Part shown: in pieces, positions 1-5,418 of the stretch | Layout of the letters: each line of letters starts with the position of its first letter | Numbering within the stretch: the first letter of the stretch is position 1 | Assembly: GCA_030141605.1 (NCBI GenBank) | Contig: JAQGDQ010000365.1 | Coordinates: forward strand, 1 to 5,505 | Origin: Tubiluchus corallicola | Taxonomy: Eukaryota; Animalia; Priapulida | Direction: 5' to 3' | DNA: 5,505 nt | Notes under the pieces: generated by a model | The model's database searches: none | What the model saw: only the letters and a program-made list of their open reading frames with translations | Told to the model about the DNA's origin: nothing | Position numbers and translations under genes: made by a program

Positions 1-1771
1 AACGAGAAAATCCTTTATCGGTTGAGTTTAGCAAGGATATGCCATGATTCGGTTCGCCAAATAGATGTAGAAAAAAGTTGACAAAATTTGATTTGCCAGC
101 ACCCTGGTCTCCAAACAGGAACAGGAATGGAAAAAAGCCTGTCAGTTCAAGTATAAAATCACGATACAAAGCAAGTATGATGAAGGATATACCAATTGCA
201 CCATTAATACCATAAGCCTTATAAATTAGTTCCGACCATTCTTTAAAATTCAGATTTCCTGCTTTGTATGTAAATTTTCTTTGCCCAGAATAGCTTTTAT
301 CGTCAAGGTTTGTGTATGCAAATGGAGGCAAATAATAGGCGGATTTGCCATGATTCACAATGCCGAGCTTATCAGGATAAAGCAATTTATTATCATGGGT
401 TATTGTTGCATCCGCAAAACAATAGGCTTTTGATTCTTGCTGATAACCTAGCTGATTTACAGCAATGGCATTTTTCTCATTATCGTACAGGTAAGTAAGG
501 ATAGTGTCAAGATTTTGTGTGTTCCCAAAGAAAGTTAAGCCACGCCCGGATATACTACGAATTACTTTCTTAAACTTATCGAGGTTCAGCTCCGAGCTTG
601 TAATTTCATTTACTGTAATCTCTCCGGTATTTCTTTGAAACTTAATCAAGCGTTTGCTTTCTTTTGTGCCATCCATTAAGTGATAAACCGAATCCATCAG
701 GAAGTTGGATAGCTTTCTTTCAACAGGTTTGCTTTTATGAAACTCATTGGCATAGTAGCATCCATTTTTCTTATAAAAGTTGTATTCTTCGATGTCGGTA
801 AGTTCATCAATGCTGAATTTTGGAATAGGTTTATTAATAATATCTTCCCAAAGCAATTGGTAATTGTTCATATTTTGAAGAAAATCAACAATTGTTTTGT
901 CTTGAAGTAAATCATTGGCATCCTTATTCTCCGGTAATATCAACCTACGTAATGATTTAATGTCAAATCGGCTGGATAAAATAAAATCTCGATAATACTC
1001 AGCAGATTTATTTCCTGCATTATCGTTATCCATTGCCAACACAATGATTTTCCCTTCAATATACTTTTGAAGGATGTTAGGATTCTTGATTTTATTTTCT
1101 GTGGAAAACAAAGCTATGGATGAACAGCCTTTCATAGATAGAGCATTTACAACGCCCTCCTGTATGAAAACAACATCATAATCGGGATTATACATTTTAT
1201 CATAGATGCTGCCGTTTAACGTTCCGTTATTTCTGGCTTTCGGCTTACCCTTTTCAGGATTAATCATCCTGCGGTTAATAAGTTTATTGTTGGCATCAAT
1301 AAAGACAATAGCATCTGCGTGTGAATCGTACCAATAACTATTGTTAGGCAAATCATCTATAAAACTAATTCCACGAGATTTTAGGTAATCAGTAGCAGTT
1401 TCTTTAGGATTGTTTTTTATCGCAAAAAGCATTTTGTCGAAAGCACTTTTTACATTCTGTGATGGTTGAAACGTCTCTTTAATGCCGAGATATTCCTCCT
1501 TTAAATATTTGATAGCCTTATGTTCGTTCCAACCTGAATTTAGAGAAATCAAGAAATCAATGGTGCTGCCACCGGAACCACATGAAAAACATTTGTAGAA
1601 ATTGTTTTTCTTTTTAATGCTAAAAGCCGGAGAATGATTCGTGCCTTTACCGCTACCACAAAAAGGACATTTTTCCAGTTGATTGGTTTTATTGAAGCAA
1701 GTTCCGGTTTCTTTTTCAATAAGTGCTTTTATATCAATTTGCTTTACTTTTTCAATTGTTTGCATCTGCAT
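1..1771 (-). CDS. DNA primase-helicase of a mobile element (Zn-finger + TOPRIM + P-loop NTPase), 3'-partial, at least 590 aa
   Basis: Manual translation gives a stop-free frame from ATG 1771 (alternative ATG 1765) off the left edge: MQMQTIEKVKQIDIKALIEKETG... It contains a Zn finger CPFC (1658-1669) ... CFSC (1580-1591) and a primase-type DYLKSRGI. TOPRIM motifs are VFIQEG (E at 1157-1159), VLAMDNDNAG (DxD at 1022-1030) and LPENKDANDLL. A Walker A FLFLFGDQGAGKS has its G-to-S span at 89-112. All motifs are in the same frame. Confidence 0.93.
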   Translation of the reverse strand, partial: MQMQTIEKVKQIDIKALIEKETGTCFNKTNQLEKCPFCGSGKGTNHSPAFSIKKKNNFYKCFSCGSGGSTIDFLISLNSGWNEHKAIKYLKEEYLGIKETFQPSQNVKSAFDKMLFAIKNNPKETATDYLKSRGISFIDDLPNNSYWYDSHADAIVFIDANNKLINRRMINPEKGKPKARNNGTLNGSIYDKMYNPDYDVVFIQEGVVNALSMKGCSSIALFSTENKIKNPNILQKYIEGKIIVLAMDNDNAGNKSAEYYRDFILSSRFDIKSLRRLILPENKDANDLLQDKTIVDFLQNMNNYQLLWEDIINKPIPKFSIDELTDIEEYNFYKKNGCYYANEFHKSKPVERKLSNFLMDSVYHLMDGTKESKRLIKFQRNTGEITVNEITSSELNLDKFKKVIRSISGRGLTFFGNTQNLDTILTYLYDNEKNAIAVNQLGYQQESKAYCFADATITHDNKLLYPDKLGIVNHGKSAYYLPPFAYTNLDDKSYSGQRKFTYKAGNLNFKEWSELIYKAYGINGAIGISFIILALYRDFILELTGFFPFLFLFGDQGAGKSNFVNFFLHLFGEPNHGISLLNSTDKGFSR

Positions 1772-1806
1772 TGTTATTGAGCCATAACCTGGCTGTTTAA
1801 ATCCTT

Positions 1807-2925
1807 TTATTCTTCTTTCCCTGTGCTTTCATCATCTTCCTCAATGGTCAAACGCTGTTTTTCCTTTTCGAGATGCTGAACCATGCTGTTGGTTAGCTCT
1901 TTGCTTTCCATGCAATTGCCAATTATTGTTATCATATAAATAGCAAATTGAATATCGCTTTGCATGAGTGCTTTTGCTGTATCATTTATGGCATTAAAGA
2001 TTTGTTTTTGCTGCTCTGTTTTTGGGACTGGCATCTCTTCTATGTCAACATCGTGTTGGGTAATGGAAGAATGTCCTTGTAATTCTTCATCCTCTTCAAC
2101 AAAACCCAGGGCAGCTTGCAACTCATCTTTTGATAAACCCATTAATTCAGCAGCCTTTGGGCTATTTCCAAGTATCTTGCTGCCGATGCCAGATAGTACA
2201 CCCGTTGCTACACGTTTTAATAGTTCTGTGTTTGAATACCCTGCAAGCCGGGTTTCTAGGTCTGACACCTCTGTTTTGTATGCCGTATTTGCTTTTTCTA
2301 ATTCCAGATTTTGTTTTTTGAGGGTATCTCGTTCAGAAGTTATTTCATGCAACTGTTTTTTCAATGTATTGAGTTCGGTTTCCTGTTTGTAATCGCTAAG
2401 TTTTTTCTCAAACTGCATCAAGGTGTTTTCATACCGTGAGTTATTGACAGCTCCCAATAATCCTGCTAAACCATTTAGAGCATTATCATTGTTTTCATTC
2501 TCAGTTTCATTACCTGTTAATGCACCAAATAACATATTGAGGTTTTCAATACTTCCCAATCCACCTACATTATTACTGAATTGGTATTTTTTAATGGCCA
2601 TATCAACCGCCTGCTCTATTTGAGACTGATTTGTTACAGGTTTTTCAGTTTTGCTGTTATCCTCTAAATCAATATTGTATCGTGTAACTAATCCGGCTTT
2701 TGGACTCTTACCACGATAAATATCTACTTTGATATTACCGCCATCTTGCTTGACAATATCTTTAGCCGATTTCATGTTCTCATTAAAAGCCTCGATATTA
2801 TTCGTTCGGGGTACAATTAGTATATGCCCTGATTTGTCTTCGACCAATATTTCATAGGCATAAGTTGCATTTTCTTGCAAATTCCGGAATATGGCGTCCT
2901 GTATGTTGCTATGTTTTTCTTTCAT
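1807..2925 (-). CDS. hypothetical protein, 372 aa, with central coiled coil and Gly-rich amphipathic segments
   Basis: Long ORF co-oriented with its neighbours and ending 35 bp before the primase start. It has a heptad-like E/K/L/Q-rich stretch (RYENTLMQFEKKL...LETRLAGY, about 2240-2436) flanked by VGGLGS, ALNGLAGLLGAV and VATGVLSGIGSKILG, plus an acidic C-terminus. No catalytic motif recognised. Confidence 0.88.
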   Translation of the reverse strand: MKEKHSNIQDAIFRNLQENATYAYEILVEDKSGHILIVPRTNNIEAFNENMKSAKDIVKQDGGNIKVDIYRGKSPKAGLVTRYNIDLEDNSKTEKPVTNQSQIEQAVDMAIKKYQFSNNVGGLGSIENLNMLFGALTGNETENENNDNALNGLAGLLGAVNNSRYENTLMQFEKKLSDYKQETELNTLKKQLHEITSERDTLKKQNLELEKANTAYKTEVSDLETRLAGYSNTELLKRVATGVLSGIGSKILGNSPKAAELMGLSKDELQAALGFVEEDEELQGHSSITQHDVDIEEMPVPKTEQQKQIFNAINDTAKALMQSDIQFAIYMITIIGNCMESKELTNSMVQHLEKEKQRLTIEEDDESTGKEE

Positions 2926-2966
2926 TGTTGCATTCTTTTATGTTGAACTTGATTTTCATGGTATTA

Positions 2967-3144
2967 AAAGCTACTACGACCTACTTTAAAGCTATTATTA
3001 CCTATTGTGAGCAATTAAAACCTACTAAACAGCAATGTTTTTATGTGTTGTAGCTATTAATTGTGACTGCTCATCTATTATTTTTTAATATTTCTTTTGC
3101 GATATTAACTCATACCTACTTCTAATAGACTTTTCAATACTATT
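2967..3144. repeat. degenerate ~21-bp tandem repeat / helically phased CTAYT motif array in intergenic DNA
   Basis: AAAGCTACTACGACCTACTTT (2967-2987) and AAAGCTATTATTACCTATTGT (2988-3008) match at 16/21, with a third degenerate unit from about 3008. CTAYT starts at 2971, 2981, 2992, 3002, 3022, 3054, 3075, 3116 and 3140. Confidence 0.7.
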
Positions 3145-3179
3145 GAGCAAAAGAGAGAAATTCTAACAGTATTAGATTG

Positions 3180-3212
3180 AAGTTATAGGCTGCTAAAAAC
3201 AACCCATAACTT
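3180..3212 (-). terminator. stem-loop just downstream of the acidic-protein gene (terminator-like or mRNA-stabilising)
   Basis: Minus strand reads AAGTTATGGGTTG-tttttag-CAGCCTATAACTT, a 13-bp stem whose two mismatches are both G-U pairs on this strand. It starts 9 nt after the stop at 3222. No U-tract follows, so termination is uncertain. Confidence 0.5.
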
Positions 3213-3221
3213 ACCATTACC

Positions 3222-3446
3222 TTACTCATCATCCTCTTCTCCAGAGTATTCCTCACCATCTTCCTCCAAATGTTCTATCATTTCAAGAATTGCCTGGCTT
3301 TGCTCTTCCGGTTCGTATTCTACTTTAACAAGAATTTCATCATCTTCATTCGTTCCAATGATTACACCTTCAAGGTCATACTCACCCAGTAATTCGGCAA
3401 ATTCAATTGTTGCATCTGCCGAAACATTAAAATTTCTGCTTTTCAT
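3222..3446 (-). CDS. small highly acidic hypothetical protein, 74 aa
   Basis: ORF with an A/T-rich initiation region (TTAAATTCTAAAATT-ATG), co-oriented in the cluster. 26 of 74 residues are D/E versus 3 K/R, and the hydrophobic patterning is protein-like. Confidence 0.85.
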   Translation of the reverse strand: MKSRNFNVSADATIEFAELLGEYDLEGVIIGTNEDDEILVKVEYEPEEQSQAILEMIEHLEEDGEEYSGEEDDE

Positions 3447-3517
3447 AATTTTAGAATTTAATTAAGTAAAAAATTGACTATTCATTTCGGGGGTGGAGTA
3501 TTGTCTTATATAGCGTA

Positions 3518-3751
3518 TTACAACTCCTCAAATTCTTCTGGTTCAATACAGAAATGTTCCAGTATTAATAGAAGTTGCTGTTTATTGTAATAATGTCTTT
3601 TTGTATGTCCTGCTTCTGCAATCCTTTCTTTCAATTCAGGACATATTTCAATTTCTCTTCTTAGATGCTGCATGGCAGATTTAATAGAGACACTATTAGG
3701 ATATAGCTTTGTTACTAACTCTTGCTTTAATATTGTTCTGCGATTTATCAT
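3518..3751 (-). CDS. DUF4248-like small protein (putative DNA-binding), 77 aa
   Basis: The pattern K-x-EL...YP...SA...LRR-x-I...PEL...AG......Y-x-x-x-Q..LI-x-EH...EP matches my recollection of the Bacteroidota DUF4248 consensus, and the length fits. Recognised by eye only. Confidence 0.72.
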   Translation of the reverse strand: MINRRTILKQELVTKLYPNSVSIKSAMQHLRREIEICPELKERIAEAGHTKRHYYNKQQLLLILEHFCIEPEEFEEL

Positions 3752-3889
3752 AGCGGTGAAATTTATTTAGATAATGAAATATTTTTAGAGGAATTGATTG
3801 TGAGAATAGGATGCATGTGCAGAACCATGAGATTTCGCATAATAAATCGAAACAAATGGTAACATATCAAAAAACACTTAGGGACTATA

Positions 3890-3916
3890 AACACGAAAAG
3901 CCCCTGAAAGGAGCTT
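3890..3916 (-). terminator. putative intrinsic terminator/attenuator in the leader upstream of the DUF4248-like gene
   Basis: Minus strand reads AAGCTCCT-ttc-AGGGGCTT (3916-3898; 8 bp with one G-U) followed by TTCGTGTTT. Confidence 0.5.
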
Positions 3917-3967
3917 GTTTTAAAAGAATCGGTATGTATTTTCGGCATAATTATAAAAATTACACCC

Positions 3968-3996
3968 TTGACAATTAGCTTGAACAAAGATATAAT
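3968..3996 (+). promoter_or_regulatory. perfect canonical sigma70-type promoter sequence TTGACA-N17-TATAAT
   Basis: TTGACA at 3968-3973, a 17-nt spacer at 3974-3990 and TATAAT at 3991-3996. The sequence match is exact; function in this host is uncertain. Confidence 0.4.
3985..3992 (-). promoter_or_regulatory. Bacteroidota primary-sigma -7 element (TAnnTTTG)
   Basis: Minus strand reads TATCTTTG, an exact match to TAnnTTTG, oriented toward the minus-strand gene cluster. No clear -33 TTTG is present. Confidence 0.5.
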
Positions 3997-4062
3997 TTTA
4001 GTCGAAAATTCCTGAATGCCTTCGGATGATTTTATTTGTAGCGGATTGATTAACATATCTCG

Positions 4063-4070
4063 AACTTTAA
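4063..4070 (+). repeat. left copy of 8-bp IS target-site duplication AACTTTAA
   Basis: Identical to 5407-5414 and directly abuts the left inverted repeat. An 8-bp duplication is typical of the IS256 family. Confidence 0.92.
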
Positions 4071-4095
4071 AGCACTATCTCATAAACTGTGTAAA
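4071..4095 (+). repeat. IS left terminal inverted repeat
   Basis: AGCACTATCTCATAAACTGTGTAAA versus the reverse complement of 5382-5406, GACACTGTTTCACAAAGTGTGTAAA: 19/25 identical. Similarity continues inward to ...CCGAGGG. Confidence 0.88.
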
Positions 4096-4098
4096 TAG

Positions 4099-4133
4099 AA
4101 AATGCCGAGGGTTGCAACCCTCGGCATTTTTTT
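4099..4133. terminator. perfect 32-bp palindrome with T-tracts; probable bidirectional intrinsic terminator inside the IS left end
   Basis: AAAATGCCGAGGGTTG|CAACCCTCGGCATTTT (4099-4130) is a perfect palindrome. The plus strand ends in T7 (4127-4133) and the minus strand ends in TTTTCTATTT. Confidence 0.75.
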
Positions 4134-4159
4134 GTTTAATTTTAAAACTTTAGACAGTA

Positions 4160-5354
4160 ATGAAAAAAGAAGATTTATTAAATGATGATTTCCTTGAACA
4201 GTTTAATTCAGGGGAAGAGCTCAATGGTTTTTTACAAGAGCTCCAAAAACGAGGCATTGAAAAGATGCTTGAAGGAGAACTCGATGGTCATTTAGGCTAT
4301 GATAAGAATCAAAAATCGGATAATCAGAATGCCCGCAATGGCTATTCAGAGAAGAGAGTCCGAACCACTCTGGGAGAATCCAACATTCAGGTTCCCCGAG
4401 ACCGTGATGCTTCGTTTAATCCGATGATTGTACCCAAAGGAGGGAACATGGTCGATGGCTTAGAGAATATCATTGTTTCGTTTTATGCTAAAGGAATGAG
4501 TAATAGCGATATTGAAGAGCAAATTCGGGAGCTATACGGTTTTGAAGTTTCTACATCCACCATATCAAGGATTACCGATTCAGTCACCAACGACATTGTA
4601 GCGTGGCAGAACCGACCTCTGGAAATTGTATACCTAATTGTTTGGATGGATGGCATTGTATTTAAAGTGCGGGAGAACTCTAAGGTCGTCAACAAAACCG
4701 TTTACATTGCCGTAGGACTTCGCAGAGATGGGAAAAAAGAGGTTCTTGGCTTATGGTTGGGCAAGAGTGAGTCCGCTGCCTTTTGGATGAACGTACTTAC
4801 CGATATGAAAGCCCGTGGAGTTAACGATATTCTGATTACGGCAACAGATAACTTGAATGGTTTTACAGATACTATCCGAACTGTTTTCCCTGAATCTAAA
4901 ACACAAATATGTGTTGTTCATCAAATCCGTAACGCAAGCAGATACGTGGTTTGGAAAGATAAAAAGGCATTTACAAAAGATATGAAGCAAATCTAATGCC
5001 CCTACAAAAGAGGCTGCAAAAGCAGCTTTAGAAGATTTTGCAGCAGCTTGGGAGGATAAATACTCTTACGCAATTAAAAGCTGGCGAGACAACTGGGAAG
5101 ATCTAACAGTATTCTTTGAGTTTCCGCTGGAAATCAGAAAGATAATTTATACAACCAACCTGATTGAGAATCTCAACGGAAAAATCAGAAAATACACAAA
5201 AAACAAACTTTCATTCCCGTCAGACCAGGCTGTAATGAAATCTGTATTTTTGGCAACCAGAGAAGCAACTAAAAAATGGTCAATGCCAATCAGAAACTGG
5301 GGCATTGTCTTGAATCAGTTCTTAGTTATATTTGAAAAAAGGGTCCAGCTATAA
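4160..5354 (+). pseudogene. IS256-family DDE transposase, frameshifted at about 4994
   Basis: The first frame (278 aa) has RNGY, VPRDR, WQNRPL, VWMDG, ATDNL and QICVVHQIRN, and stops at TAA 4994-4996. The remainder continues in the +1 frame 4995-5354: [15 protein letters not shown]...[24 protein letters not shown]...FEKRVQL*, which contains the catalytic Glu. The repaired length would be about 398 aa. Confidence 0.93.
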
Positions 5355-5381
5355 ATAGCCAAACCCTCGGTATTTTTTTAG

Positions 5382-5406
5382 TTTACACACTTTGTGAAAC
5401 AGTGTC
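5382..5406 (-). repeat. IS right terminal inverted repeat
   Basis: TTTACACACTTTGTGAAACAGTGTC pairs with the left inverted repeat and is immediately followed by the target duplication. Confidence 0.88.
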
Positions 5407-5414
5407 AACTTTAA
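5407..5414 (+). repeat. right copy of 8-bp target-site duplication AACTTTAA
   Basis: Identical to 4063-4070. Confidence 0.92.
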
Positions 5415-5418
5415 TAAG

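Larger units (their letters stand above)
1..4062 (-). mobile_element. part of a putative prophage / satellite / integrative element (replication module); boundaries not visible
   Basis: Fused primase-helicase unlike housekeeping DnaG, small uncharacterised co-oriented genes, a DUF4248-like gene and an iteron-like spacer. No integrase, att site or structural gene is in the window. Confidence 0.6.
4071..5406 (+). mobile_element. IS256-family insertion sequence, 1336 bp, full length, with frameshifted transposase
   Basis: Mutator/IS256-type transposase bounded by imperfect terminal inverted repeats and flanked by an exact 8-bp direct repeat. Confidence 0.95.

Noticed and set aside
310-498. 62-aa plus-strand ORF
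   Set aside because: Lies antisense within the primase-helicase CDS and has no recognisable features.
1-1771. Calling the primase the housekeeping dnaG
   Set aside because: The Cys4 finger, shortened primase core, fused P-loop domain and accessory-gene context argue for a mobile-element enzyme.
1964-2623. Plus-strand ORFs of 142, 63 and 66 aa
   Set aside because: Antisense shadows of the 372-aa gene; the S/F/C/L-rich composition is typical of reverse-strand reads.
2865-3053. 62-aa plus-strand ORF
   Set aside because: Overlaps the 372-aa gene start in antisense and runs through the repeat array; the LKATTTY/FKAIITY repeats merely reflect the DNA repeat.
2967-3144. CRISPR array interpretation of the repeats
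   Set aside because: Units are short, degenerate and contiguous with no unique spacers, and no cas genes are present.
3832-3859. ATTTCGCATAA resembling the XerC arm of a dif site
   Set aside because: No XerD arm (TTATGTTAAAT-like) follows after a 6-bp spacer; the sequence there is GAAACAAATGG.
3763-4056. 97-aa minus-strand ORF
   Set aside because: I/F/K/S-rich sequence typical of translated AT-rich intergenic DNA, and it spans promoter motifs and a terminator-like hairpin. Not fully excluded without a homology search.
4483-4990. Minus-strand ORFs of 70 and 79 aa
   Set aside because: Antisense to the IS256 transposase.
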